Of a DNA stretch of 64,000 nucleotides, positions 27,864-37,309 are shown in pieces. This DNA is from an uncultured Lentisphaeraceae bacterium. Lineage in GTDB: Bacteria; Verrucomicrobiota; Kiritimatiellia; RFP12; UBA1067. A model generated the notes under the pieces. It was not told where the DNA came from and did not search any database. It saw only the letters and a list, made by a program, of their open reading frames with translations. A program made the translations under genes and the position numbers. Location of the stretch: positions 42,677-106,676 of the forward strand of contig CAZWQY010000004.1 in assembly GCA_964636295.1 (NCBI GenBank), read 5' to 3'. Position 1 is the stretch's first letter. Each line of letters starts with the position of its first letter.

Positions 27864-29074
27864 TACATTTCAACAGACCCTACATGACCGGAAAGGAGAC
27901 GGGCTACATCCGCCAGGCCGTTTCGGGCGGCAAGATTTCCGGGAACGGCGAATTCACGAAGCGGTGCCAGGACTACTTCGAGCAACGCTACGGCTTCCGC
28001 AAGTGCCTGCTGACGACATCCTGCACAGACGCGCTTGAAATGGCGGCGATTCTGACGGGCGTTGGGCCGGGCGACGAGGTCATCGTCCCCTCCTACACGT
28101 TCGTCTCCTCCGCGCTCGCATTCGTCCGCCAGGGCGCGACCATCGTCTTCGCCGACAGCCGCGCCGACCAGCCCAACATCGACGAGACGCAGATCGAGGC
28201 CCTGGTCACGCCACGGACGAAAGTGATTGTCGTCGTCCACTACGCGGGCATCGCCTGCGAGATGGACACGATCATGGCGATTGCGAATCGCCACAACCTG
28301 ATCGTCGTCGAAGACGCGGCCCAGGCCATTGACAGCTTCTACCGGCCTCCGTGCGAAAATTCGCGCGCCTGCGCGGGCCGCGCGCAATCCACGGTTCGCG
28401 GTCGTCCCCTCGGCTCGATCGGTCATCTCGCCGCGTTCTCCTTCCACGAGACGAAGAACATCATCTCCGGCGAGGGCGGGCTTCTCGTCGTCAACGACGA
28501 GCGGTTTGTGCGTCGCGCCGAAATCATCTGGGAAAAGGGAACGAACCGCGCCGAGTTCTTCCGTGGAGAAGTGAACAAGTATGGCTGGGTGGACACGGGG
28601 AGTTCTTTCCTGCCGACGGAGATCGTCTCGGCGTTCCTCTGGGCGCAGCTTGAGCACCTCGACGAAATCCAAACCGAGCGCAAACGGCTCTGGCAGCGGT
28701 ATTGGGACTTCTTCTCCGCCCTCCAGACATCCCAGCGTCCAAACACCCCAACCGTTCCCGTCATCCCGCCCTGCGCGACGAACAACGCGCACATGTTCTA
28801 TCTCCTGTTCCCGAGCCTCGCGGCGCGAACGGACTTCATCGCGAAAATGCGGGCGCGGGACGTTCTGACGGTCTTCCACTATCTGCCGCTCCATTCGTCG
28901 GACTTCTACCGAACCTACCGCGAGACACACCGGCCGTCGGGCGCGGCGGCGGAACGCGCGTTGCCGAACTGCGACCGCTATGCCGACACGCTCGTGCGTC
29001 TGCCGCTCTACTGCGGCCTCGCGCCCGACCAGGACAAGGTTCTCGCCGCCCTCAAGGACTCGTTGGAATCTTGA
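27860..29074 (+). CDS. wecE: dTDP-4-amino-4,6-dideoxygalactose transaminase (DegT/WecE family)
   Basis: 404 aa; MIHFNRPYMTGKETGYIRQAVSGGKISGNGEFTKRCQDYFEQRYG..., FSFHETKNI PLP-lysine motif; GTGA overlap with GT4. Confidence 0.88.
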   Translation: MIHFNRPYMTGKETGYIRQAVSGGKISGNGEFTKRCQDYFEQRYGFRKCLLTTSCTDALEMAAILTGVGPGDEVIVPSYTFVSSALAFVRQGATIVFADSRADQPNIDETQIEALVTPRTKVIVVVHYAGIACEMDTIMAIANRHNLIVVEDAAQAIDSFYRPPCENSRACAGRAQSTVRGRPLGSIGHLAAFSFHETKNIISGEGGLLVVNDERFVRRAEIIWEKGTNRAEFFRGEVNKYGWVDTGSSFLPTEIVSAFLWAQLEHLDEIQTERKRLWQRYWDFFSALQTSQRPNTPTVPVIPPCATNNAHMFYLLFPSLAARTDFIAKMRARDVLTVFHYLPLHSSDFYRTYRETHRPSGAAAERALPNCDRYADTLVRLPLYCGLAPDQDKVLAALKDSLES

Positions 29075-29078
29075 GCAG

Positions 29079-29590
29079 AAATCCACGAATTCACACGAAT
29101 TGGCACGAATGAGATGGCAGAAAAACTGATCGGCAAAGACGAGGTCTACGACATCGTTGGCGCGTGCCTTGACGTTCATAACACATTGGGGCATGGCTAT
29201 TTAGAGGCCGTCTATCAAGAAGCCCTTGAACTCGAACTCAAACTACGCGGCATCCCGTTTGTACGAGAAAAGGAGATTAAAATCCAATACAAGGGGACGG
29301 CATTGTCAAAGCGTTATTTTGCTGATTTTGTCTGCTTCGACCGTATCATCATCGAAACGAAAGCCGTCTCAGCACTTCTGCCCGAACATCAGGCACAAAC
29401 GCTGAATTATCTTCGCGCGACGGGGCTAAAAGTCGCCGTGTTGGTGAATTTCGGAAGTTCACAAGGACTCCAATGGAAAAGACTCGTCTTCTGAACAAAC
29501 AGGCGCATGGGAGCGTCCATGGATCAACGCGAATAGACACGAATGCGAAAAACCTCATTCGTGAGGATTCGTGTAAATTCGTGGATAATC
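29079..29590. mobile_element. CACGAAT/ATTCGTG inverted-arm element carrying a GxxExxY gene (copy E2, candidate autonomous form)
   Basis: Left arm CCACGAATTCACACGAATTGGCACGAATGAG abuts the ATG; right side has hairpin CACGAATG-N10-CATTCGTG, then ATTCGTGAGGATTCGTGTAAATTCGTGGATAATC. Confidence 0.55.
29114..29494 (+). CDS. GxxExxY family protein (PD-(D/E)XK-like)
   Basis: 126 aa; GYLEAVY motif, ...FADFVCFDRIIIETKAV... nuclease-like core; AT-richer than its neighbours. Confidence 0.85.
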   Translation: MAEKLIGKDEVYDIVGACLDVHNTLGHGYLEAVYQEALELELKLRGIPFVREKEIKIQYKGTALSKRYFADFVCFDRIIIETKAVSALLPEHQAQTLNYLRATGLKVAVLVNFGSSQGLQWKRLVF

Positions 29591-30612
29591 CGAGCCTCGC
29601 CGTTCGTGACGTTGCATTCAGCTGCGATGACAACGGCGCGAAGTTCCTTTGCGTGACAGTCGGCTCGCTTCTCGCCCACGACACGGGCGCAGCACCCCTT
29701 CGCATCAACGTCTTCGAGGGCTTCGGCGGACACTCCGCCGCGAGCAAGGCGGCGTTGCGCGCCGTCGTGGACGCCTTCAACGAAAAGGCCGCCCGCGCGA
29801 ATCCCGGCCTTTCCGAGGCCAAGTATTCCGTCCGCTACCACAACATCGAGCCGTTTCTCGCGCCCTACGCGGACATCCTGAAAGACCGCCCCGGCTCACG
29901 CTGGAACGTCTTTACGTGGACGCCGATCTTCACGCCGCAGATCCTCTCGGACGCGACGGGGAATGTTGCGCATTTCGACATCGACATGCTCTTCAACGAC
30001 GACGTGTCGAAAATCCTGGACTTGGATCTTGGCGACGACCTCATCGCCGCCGTCGCGGAATACGACAAGGGCGACCCCGTCATCACCGAAGCCGTCTGGG
30101 GCACGGGCATCCTGCCGCCGTCCGTCACGCGCTACTTCAACACGGGCACGCTCGTCTTCAACACGGCGGCGTGCCGAGCCGAAAAGACGTGGGAGAAGAT
30201 TCTCGCCTGGTATCGCGACCACTACGCAATCGCCGACCGCATCGAGCAAGACGCCTGGAACGCGCTCTACCATGACCGGACGCGCCTCCTGCCGCTGCGG
30301 TGGAATTTCCATGACCGCCTGATCAAAAGCTACATGACGCGCGACCTCCACGCGCCGCTCTGGCAGGGCAATCCGCCGAAGGAGTGCCTGGAGGCCGCGC
30401 TCGATCCGGCCATCCTTCACTTCTGGGGTCCGAAGAAGCCGTGGAAGCCCTGCCATCGTCCCTATCGAAAACTCTATCACGCGGCCATGACGGCCGTCGG
30501 GCAAACGCCGCCGAAGGAAGAACTCTTTGGCTGGTGGCACGACGGGCAGACGCGACGACATCTCGCACACCTCCGCCGCCGTCTTCAATCCCTTTTGGAG
30601 GGCGAACAATGA
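29581..30612 (+). CDS. Glycosyltransferase family 8 (LPS glycosyltransferase-like)
   Basis: ORF 29473..30612; the N-terminal 36 codons are translated repeat, so the start is placed at in-frame GTG 29581; DIDMLF and AWNALYH-type GT8 motifs. Confidence 0.75.
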   Translation: MDNPSLAVRDVAFSCDDNGAKFLCVTVGSLLAHDTGAAPLRINVFEGFGGHSAASKAALRAVVDAFNEKAARANPGLSEAKYSVRYHNIEPFLAPYADILKDRPGSRWNVFTWTPIFTPQILSDATGNVAHFDIDMLFNDDVSKILDLDLGDDLIAAVAEYDKGDPVITEAVWGTGILPPSVTRYFNTGTLVFNTAACRAEKTWEKILAWYRDHYAIADRIEQDAWNALYHDRTRLLPLRWNFHDRLIKSYMTRDLHAPLWQGNPPKECLEAALDPAILHFWGPKKPWKPCHRPYRKLYHAAMTAVGQTPPKEELFGWWHDGQTRRHLAHLRRRLQSLLEGEQ

Positions 30613-31658
30613 CAGAAGACGAAAAACTGTGGCGACGGCGCGCCCGCAACAAGAAGTTGAAGCACGCGCTCCTGCTGCCGGTCGAGTGGCTTGGCATCGG
30701 GCTTGCGCTGGCCACCCTCGTCTGGATGCCCTGGCGGCTTCTGCTCGTATTCTGCGACAGCCTCTCGGCCGGCATGTATTTCTTTGACCGACGCGGCAAG
30801 CGACGCGCACTTGAAAACCTCCACATCATTCGAGGCCGTTGCATCGGGCTGGAGGGAACGACGCGGTTCAACCCCGACATCGGCCCGTATCGTCCGACGG
30901 CGGCCGAGGCGCGCATCATCCGCCGTTCCTACCGCAACATGGCGCGGACAGTCGGCTATGCGTTCTGGACGCTTGTCCGCGCGCGCGCGCGTTGCGCCCA
31001 AGTCGGCGAGATGTCCCCAGAGGGCAAGGCGTTTCTCGCCGCGAACCGCCCCGCCGTCACGGTGTCGGGGCACATGGGCTGCTGGGAGATCCTGTCACAG
31101 CTCGCGTTTCTGGAAGGACATGAAATGATGTCTGTCGCCAAGGGCATCGGCACGCGCGGCATGACCAAGCTCCTCATGTCGGCGCGACGCTCGATCGGGC
31201 AGGAGATCGTCTCGGCGGAGGGCGCGTTCAAGCCGCTCATGGCGGGCATCAAGGCCGGGAAATCGCTGGGGCTGCTCGTCGATCAAAAGGTCGCGCCGGA
31301 AAAAGGCGGCGTGTGGATTCGCTTTCTCGGCAAGCCCATTCCCGTCTCGGCCGCCCCCGCCTTCTTCGCGGCAAAGGCGAAAGTCCCGATTATCGTCGCC
31401 TGGTCACGTCCGCTCAAGGACGGCCGCTACCGGTGCGAAGTCATCGAGACGATGACGCCCGACAAGGCGCGAGACGTCTGGGCGACGACCCAGCGGTGCG
31501 CGACCGCCCTTGAGTCCGTCATCCGCCGCCATCCGTCCTGCTGGGTTCTCAACTACAACTACTTTCGCCAAGCCGTCACGCCTGAGGTGTTGCAGACGCT
31601 GGAAGCGCGCGAAGCGAAACTGACCCAAGGAGACGCGCACGCGCGGAAAGGCTCATGA
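30609..31658 (+). CDS. Lipid A biosynthesis (lyso)acyltransferase, LpxL/HtrB family
   Basis: MTEDEKLWRRRARNKKLKHALLLPVEWLGIGLA...; ATGA overlap with the GT8 stop; start moved from 30384. Confidence 0.7.
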   Translation: MTEDEKLWRRRARNKKLKHALLLPVEWLGIGLALATLVWMPWRLLLVFCDSLSAGMYFFDRRGKRRALENLHIIRGRCIGLEGTTRFNPDIGPYRPTAAEARIIRRSYRNMARTVGYAFWTLVRARARCAQVGEMSPEGKAFLAANRPAVTVSGHMGCWEILSQLAFLEGHEMMSVAKGIGTRGMTKLLMSARRSIGQEIVSAEGAFKPLMAGIKAGKSLGLLVDQKVAPEKGGVWIRFLGKPIPVSAAPAFFAAKAKVPIIVAWSRPLKDGRYRCEVIETMTPDKARDVWATTQRCATALESVIRRHPSCWVLNYNYFRQAVTPEVLQTLEAREAKLTQGDAHARKGS

Positions 31659-32848
31659 CAAACGTCCTTCTTCTCATCCAAGCCGGCTTGATGGCGGGCG
31701 TGGCGGCCTTGCTGATGGCGCTGGCCGTCCATCGGCGCGAATGGCGTGGCGGCCTTTTGGCCATGGGATTCGTGTTCCTCGGCGTGGCCCTCAACGAACT
31801 CGATCCGTTCTGGAAGAAGATCTCGCTGCTGAACCTCGACGAACCGGAACTTCTGCCGATTGCCGCCTCCCTCCTTCTCGCCGTCGCGTGCATCATCCGC
31901 TGGCGCGGATCGACGTGGGGCGCGTTCGCCGAGATCGTCCGCCACAAACACTTCCTTCTGCTGGTCTGGGGACTTCTCTTTGTCTCGCTTCTGCCGAATC
32001 TCGCGCAGAGCAAGCGCATCTGGCAACCGCTTGTCCCCATGCTGTCCGACACGCACGCGCTCCGCGAACTCGCGCAGGACATGACAAAGACCTTCGGACA
32101 CTTCCTTCTCCTCAACTGGGTCGTCCTCTTCCTCAAGGACAAGTGGCGACGACTGATTCACCAGATGTCGCCGCACGAGCACCTGCTGCACGAACAGCCA
32201 CTCGTCAAGATTGGACAGGGCGCGCGCCGCATCTGCTATCGGATCGGCGAGACGGGGTTCTGCGTCAAGTTTCTGCGCGATCCGTCGGACGCGCAAACGA
32301 GCCGCAAGATCGGATGGCGTTTCCGGCTGATGCTGAAAAACGGCCGCTTTGACAGGCGGCTGAACGTCAACTGCCTTGAGGCCGAGGCAATGGAGAAATA
32401 CCGCCACGAGGCTGGGCCTCTAGTGGCCGCCGCATTCCCGGAGGTCGTCGAGGTCGTCTTCGACGAGCGGCGCGGCTATGGCGTTCTGATGTCGCTTGTG
32501 ACGAATGCCGACGGCTCGCTGGTCATCCGCACCGAATACGAAATGAAGAAGCGGCAAGACCCGCACTTTTCGGCCCAGTGCTGCCAATATCTGGAGGCCT
32601 TGCTGGACGAGTTGGCGGATGCCTCCGCGCCGTTTTTCGAGCCTCGGAACGTGCAGATCCAGTTTCTCGCCGACGGCTCGACCTGCCTCCGCCTCATCGA
32701 CTTCGAGCCCGTGGACAAGAAACTCATTCCGCTCGCGGAAGTCGTTCCGCTCATCCGTCGCCGAAACCTCCAGCGCAAGGCGCGCGCCTATCTTCAGGAA
32801 CTTCGCGCGGAATACGGACTGTCCGAAGAAAGAACGCGCCTGACATAA
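31655..32848 (+). CDS. Multi-TM N-terminal domain fused to a YrbL/LPS-kinase-like domain
   Basis: 397 aa; 4-5 hydrophobic helices, then ...IGQGARRICYRIGETGFCVKFLRD... and ...CLRLIDFEPVDKKLIPL...; ATGA overlap with the upstream gene. Confidence 0.6.
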   Translation: MTNVLLLIQAGLMAGVAALLMALAVHRREWRGGLLAMGFVFLGVALNELDPFWKKISLLNLDEPELLPIAASLLLAVACIIRWRGSTWGAFAEIVRHKHFLLLVWGLLFVSLLPNLAQSKRIWQPLVPMLSDTHALRELAQDMTKTFGHFLLLNWVVLFLKDKWRRLIHQMSPHEHLLHEQPLVKIGQGARRICYRIGETGFCVKFLRDPSDAQTSRKIGWRFRLMLKNGRFDRRLNVNCLEAEAMEKYRHEAGPLVAAAFPEVVEVVFDERRGYGVLMSLVTNADGSLVIRTEYEMKKRQDPHFSAQCCQYLEALLDELADASAPFFEPRNVQIQFLADGSTCLRLIDFEPVDKKLIPLAEVVPLIRRRNLQRKARAYLQELRAEYGLSEERTRLT

Positions 32849-33945
32849 CCGTCATAGATGCGCGTCGCGTCAAAGAGCTCGTCGCACATCCGCCGCGAAG
32901 CCCCGCGCCCGCAAGAAACCGCCTGACGCACGGCCGCCGAAAAGGACGCGACGTCCCCCACGCGATAGCACGCCCCGCAGGCGTAACGGGACAAGAGGTC
33001 GGCCGTCTCGCCCCCAAGTGAAGAGACGATAGGAAGGCCCGCGCGCGCATAGTCGCAGAACTTGTAGGGAACGCCCACCCAACTGTCCGCGGACATCGGG
33101 ATGATCCCGACGTCCGCCGCCGCCAGAAGACGCTGCAAGTCGGATTCGGAAAGCAGCCCCTGCACACGGACGCGCGGACAGTCGCAGGTGAACGCGCCAA
33201 ACCCCGCGACGTCCAGTTCCATCTCCGAATGCGCCCGCACAGCCGCGACAACCGTCGCAAGGTCGTATGTCCGACCCAAATTGCCCGCATAGACCAGCCG
33301 AATCCGTCCCGCCGCACGCGGCGGAGACGGGGGCACGGCGACCGTGCCGTCAATGCCATGGTACGCGAGGAAGTAGTCGTCGCGTCCCGTGAGCGCACGA
33401 TAGCGCGCGCTCACGCCCGTCACCACGTCAGCCGCTCGGTAAAGCCGCCGCGCCTTCCGCCGCAACGGTGCGACGGCCAGATGCGCAAGACCGCGCAATC
33501 CTGCGGGCGCCAGACGCTCAAACGTCTCCGGCCAGGCGTCCATCACGTCCAAAACGACTTTCGCTCCCAAGCGATGCCCCAAGGCGAGTGCCGTTTCGGC
33601 CGCCGAAAGCGTCGGAACCGAGGAGACAATCACGTCCGGCTTCTTGATGTCCGCCGCCGTCGCCAGGCGTTCCCACGCACGCGCGTAGGCGACATGACTC
33701 CACACGCGCGCCCAGCCGACGTTCCGCCGATACGGGCGCGTCGGAATCAGACGAACCGCGAACGCCTCGGCGGAAACCGGCCTCGCGAAACGGCGCGCGG
33801 CCTTCGTCGCATGGCTGAAGTCGCTCGTCCAAAGGACGGCGCGATGACCCGCGCGCACGAATGCCTCGCACAGGAGCCAGAACCGCATCTTTCGCGCACC
33901 CTCACACGGGAGGCTGTCGAAGGGATTCTGGACCCAGACGAGCAT
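32794..33945 (-). CDS. Glycosyltransferase family 4
   Basis: 383 aa; MLVWVQNPFDSLPCEGARKMRFWLLCEAFVRAGHRAVLW...; 55-nt convergent overlap with the kinase-like gene. Confidence 0.8.
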   Translation of the reverse strand: MLVWVQNPFDSLPCEGARKMRFWLLCEAFVRAGHRAVLWTSDFSHATKAARRFARPVSAEAFAVRLIPTRPYRRNVGWARVWSHVAYARAWERLATAADIKKPDVIVSSVPTLSAAETALALGHRLGAKVVLDVMDAWPETFERLAPAGLRGLAHLAVAPLRRKARRLYRAADVVTGVSARYRALTGRDDYFLAYHGIDGTVAVPPSPPRAAGRIRLVYAGNLGRTYDLATVVAAVRAHSEMELDVAGFGAFTCDCPRVRVQGLLSESDLQRLLAAADVGIIPMSADSWVGVPYKFCDYARAGLPIVSSLGGETADLLSRYACGACYRVGDVASFSAAVRQAVSCGRGASRRMCDELFDATRIYDGYVRRVLSSDSPYSARSS

Positions 33946-33957
33946 CCGGCGCCGGAA

Positions 33958-34308
33958 TCAGACGTTCGGCAATCCGTTCAGGATCGCCAGCACCTCGTCG
34001 CCCTTTTCGAGCGAAAGGTCGAGGACGAACGTCAGGCGCGGCGTGAACTTGAGCCGCACCTCGCGATTGATGATCGCCTGGAACTTGCGCGCGTTGTGCT
34101 TCAGGTGCTGAAGCGCCGTCTCCTTCAGCGCATCGTCCCCGAAGACGGAGACGCGCACCGTCGCGTCGCGCAAGTCCTTGCCGCACGTGACGCCCGTCAC
34201 GGTGATGAGGCCCGGCGCGACCGTGTCGCCCTGCATCACCGTGAACATGCTCTCGGCAATGACGCGCTTCAGAAGCGAGTTGATCCGTTCAAGCCTGTCG
34301 ACAGCCAT
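33958..34308 (-). CDS. rbfA: Ribosome-binding factor A
   Basis: Last 116 codons of ORF 33958..34794: MAVDRLERINSLLKRVIAESMF... Confidence 0.9.
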   Translation of the reverse strand: MAVDRLERINSLLKRVIAESMFTVMQGDTVAPGLITVTGVTCGKDLRDATVRVSVFGDDALKETALQHLKHNARKFQAIINREVRLKFTPRLTFVLDLSLEKGDEVLAILNGLPNV

Positions 34309-34322
34309 CTCGCGCCCCCTTC

Positions 34323-35546
34323 TTACATCGCCTCGGCAAGCAGGTTGCCGAACGCCGAGCATTTCACCTCGGTCGCGCCCTCCATCTGGCGGGCGAAGTC
34401 GTAGGTGACGGTCTTCGCGGCGATCACCTTGTCCATCGCGGCGATGATCTTGTCGGCGGCCTCCGTCCAGCCCATGTAGCGCAGCATCATCTCGCCGGAG
34501 AGGATGAGCGAACCGGGGTTCACCTTGTCGAGGCCCGCGTATTTCGGGGCCGTGCCGTGCGTCGCCTCGAAGACGGCCACGCCCGTCTGGTAGTTGATGT
34601 TCGCGCCGGGCGCAATGCCGATGCCGCCCACGGTCGCCGCGAGCGCGTCGGAGACGTAGTCGCCGTTGAGGTTCAGCGTCGCAATCACGTCGTACTCGGC
34701 CGGGCGCGTCAGAATCTGCTGGAGGAAGGCGTCGCAGATGCAGTCCTTCACGACGATCTCGCGGCCCGTCTTCGGGTTCTTGAACGTGCACCACGGGCCG
34801 TTGTCAATCAGCGTCGCGCCGTACTCGCGGCGGGCGAGCGCATAGCCCCAGTCGCGGAACGCGCCCTCGGTGAACTTCTGGATGTTGCCCTTGTGGACGA
34901 GCGTGACCGACTTGCGGTCGTTCGCAATCGCGTAGTCCAGCGCCGCGCGCACAAGCCGCTCCGTCCCTTCCAACGAGACGGGCTTGATGCCGATCGACGC
35001 CGTCTTCGGGAAGCGGATCTTCTTTACGCCCATCTCGCCGAGGAGAAATGCCTTCACCTTCTCGACTTCGGGTGTCCCGTTCATCCACTCGATGCCGGCG
35101 TAGATGTCCTCCGTATTCTCGCGGAAGATCACCATGTCCGTCAGTTCCGGACGCTTCACAGGGGAGGGCACGCCCTTGAAGTAGCGCACGGGGCGGAGGC
35201 AGACGTAGAGGTCAAGCTCCTGACGCATCGCGACATTGATCGAACGGATGCCGCCCCCGACCGGGGTCGTGAGCGGGCCCTTGATCGAGACGAGGCAGTC
35301 GCGGCAGACGTCCAGCGTCTCCTGCGGCAGCCACTCGCCCGTCTTCTTGAACGCCTTCTCGCCCGCGAGGACTTCGCGCCACTCGATCTTCCGCGTGCCG
35401 CCATAAGCCTTCTCGACCGCCGCGTTCCAGACGGTCATCGCCGCCCGCGTGATGTCGGGCCCCGTGCCGTCGCCCTCGACGAAAGGAATGATCGGATTCT
35501 CGGGAACGTTCAGCTTCCCGCCCTGCAACGTGATCTTTTCGCTCAT
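34323..35546 (-). CDS. icd: NADP-dependent isocitrate dehydrogenase
   Basis: 407 aa; [32 protein letters not shown]... Confidence 0.95.
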   Translation of the reverse strand: MSEKITLQGGKLNVPENPIIPFVEGDGTGPDITRAAMTVWNAAVEKAYGGTRKIEWREVLAGEKAFKKTGEWLPQETLDVCRDCLVSIKGPLTTPVGGGIRSINVAMRQELDLYVCLRPVRYFKGVPSPVKRPELTDMVIFRENTEDIYAGIEWMNGTPEVEKVKAFLLGEMGVKKIRFPKTASIGIKPVSLEGTERLVRAALDYAIANDRKSVTLVHKGNIQKFTEGAFRDWGYALARREYGATLIDNGPWCTFKNPKTGREIVVKDCICDAFLQQILTRPAEYDVIATLNLNGDYVSDALAATVGGIGIAPGANINYQTGVAVFEATHGTAPKYAGLDKVNPGSLILSGEMMLRYMGWTEAADKIIAAMDKVIAAKTVTYDFARQMEGATEVKCSAFGNLLAEAM

Positions 35547-35553
35547 GCCCCGT

Positions 35554-35562
35554 ATTATACCA
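35554..35562 (-). promoter_or_regulatory. Extended -10 box TGGTATAAT, 7 nt from icd ATG; contains the dxs stop codon
   Basis: Minus strand ccgcaataTGGTATAATacggggcATGagc. Confidence 0.55.
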
Positions 35563-37309
35563 TATTGCGGCAGAAGCCTTGCCCTTGCGCGACAAGCGAC
35601 TCGACATCCAGTCCGTAGCGGCGTTCGAGGTCGGCGACCGACCCGTGCGGGATGAAGGCGTCCGGCCAGCCGAAGCGACGATCCGCGCCAATCGCCTCGC
35701 CGAAGCCGCCAAGGACACAGCCGTTCTCCAGCGAGACAATGCGTTTGCCCGCCTGCCGCTGTCGTTTCAGGAGCGCGGCGTCAAACGGCTTGATCGAACG
35801 CGCGTAGACGACGCCGGCGCCCGTCCGCTCCGCCACGGCCAATGCCTTCGGCAACTCGTCCCCCGTCGCCCAGATCTGGACGGGTGCGGCGGGATTCGCC
35901 ACCTCGACGGCAAGCCCCTCGCCGACAATGCCGAGCGACGGCGGACACACGCCGCGCGGATAGCGGATAATCGTCGGGCCGTTGCGCCGAAGCGCGTCCG
36001 CGAGCAGACGCGCCAGGTCGTCGGCGTCGCACGGCTGGCAGATCGTCACGTTCGGCACGGCGCGGAAGAGCGAAATGTCGAAGACGCCTTGATGCGTCAC
36101 ACCGTCCGCCCCGACCAGCCCCGCACGATCGACGCAGAAGACAACCGGCAGATTCGCGATCGCCACGTCGTGAATGACCTGGTCGACGGCGCGTTGGAGG
36201 AAAGTCGAATAGACGCAGACGACGGGACGAAGCCCGGCCGCCGCGAGTCCCGCCGCGAAAGCGACCATGTGCCCTTCGGCAATGCCGACGTCAAAGAACC
36301 GCGACGGGAACGCCCGCGCAAACGGCACCAGCCCCGTGCCGTCCGTCATGCCGGCCGTCAAGGCGACGACCCGCGCATCCGCGTCCGCCGCGCGCACGAG
36401 CTGCGCGCCGAGGACGGCGCTCCAGTCGGGATGCCCCCGCCGCGCCTCCGTCTCCGTCGGCTTGTCGGGCAATCCGGCGCGCACGCCATGGTAAAACGTC
36501 GGGTCGCGTTCGGCCGCCGCGAACCCCTTGCCCTTCTTCGTGACGACATGGACCAGCACCGACCGCTTGTCCTCCTTCGCGACCGTGAACGCGGCCGTCA
36601 AAGCCGAAAGGTCGTGTCCGTCAACCGGCCCGATGTAGCGAAGCCCGAACTGCTCAAAATAGCGATTGCCGAGGAAGAGCCCTTTCACGCGACTCTCGAA
36701 CCGATGGTAGACGTCGCGCAGGAACGTCAGCCGCAGACGGTGTCCCGCCGCCTCCGTCGCCGCCTTGAGGCGATTGTAACGAACACCCGTGATGAGCCGC
36801 CCCAGAAACTTCGCGAAGCTTCCGGTCGGCTTCGAGATCGCCATGCCGTTGTCGTTGAGGATGACGATCACCTTCTCCGTCGCTGCCGCACAGTTGTTCA
36901 ACGCCTCGAAGGAATGGCCGTTGACGATTGACGCATCGCCGATGACCGCGACGACATGAATGCCCGTGCCCTGGCGATCGCGCGCGGCGGCCATGCCAAG
37001 CGCAACGGAAAGCGCGCTCCCGGCATGCCCCGCGACGGCGGCGTCCGCCGCGCTTTCGGACGGAAGCGGGAACGGCGCAAGGCCATCCAACTGGCGCAGC
37101 GTTCCGAAACGGTCGTCGCGGCCCGTCAGAATCTTCCAGGCATAGGCCTGATGCCCGACGTCCCAGACGATGCGGTCTTTCTCGGCATCGAAGACGGCCG
37201 CCAGCGCCTGGGCGATCTCAACCGCGCCAAGGGAGGAGGCGAGATGCCCGCCGTTCGCCGTCACGGTCTCCAAGATGCGCGCGCGAATTTCCTCTGCGGA
37301 CTTCATCAT
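35555..37309 (-). CDS. dxs: 1-deoxy-D-xylulose-5-phosphate synthase
   Basis: 584 aa; [32 protein letters not shown]. Confidence 0.93.
   Translation of the reverse strand: MMKSAEEIRARILETVTANGGHLASSLGAVEIAQALAAVFDAEKDRIVWDVGHQAYAWKILTGRDDRFGTLRQLDGLAPFPLPSESAADAAVAGHAGSALSVALGMAAARDRQGTGIHVVAVIGDASIVNGHSFEALNNCAAATEKVIVILNDNGMAISKPTGSFAKFLGRLITGVRYNRLKAATEAAGHRLRLTFLRDVYHRFESRVKGLFLGNRYFEQFGLRYIGPVDGHDLSALTAAFTVAKEDKRSVLVHVVTKKGKGFAAAERDPTFYHGVRAGLPDKPTETEARRGHPDWSAVLGAQLVRAADADARVVALTAGMTDGTGLVPFARAFPSRFFDVGIAEGHMVAFAAGLAAAGLRPVVCVYSTFLQRAVDQVIHDVAIANLPVVFCVDRAGLVGADGVTHQGVFDISLFRAVPNVTICQPCDADDLARLLADALRRNGPTIIRYPRGVCPPSLGIVGEGLAVEVANPAAPVQIWATGDELPKALAVAERTGAGVVYARSIKPFDAALLKRQRQAGKRIVSLENGCVLGGFGEAIGADRRFGWPDAFIPHGSVADLERRYGLDVESLVAQGQGFCRNMV

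Noticed and set aside
29473-29580. ORF-track start of the GT8 gene (and similar N-terminal extensions at 5253 uvrB, 7253 groES, 15849 ilvE, 40493 rnfD, 41766 rnfC, 56142 addB, 59037 cysE, 60892 fic, 63977 small ORF)
   Set aside because: The extensions translate repeats, promoters or Arg-rich sequence and run past well-placed internal ATGs that match known N-termini. The starts were trimmed accordingly.
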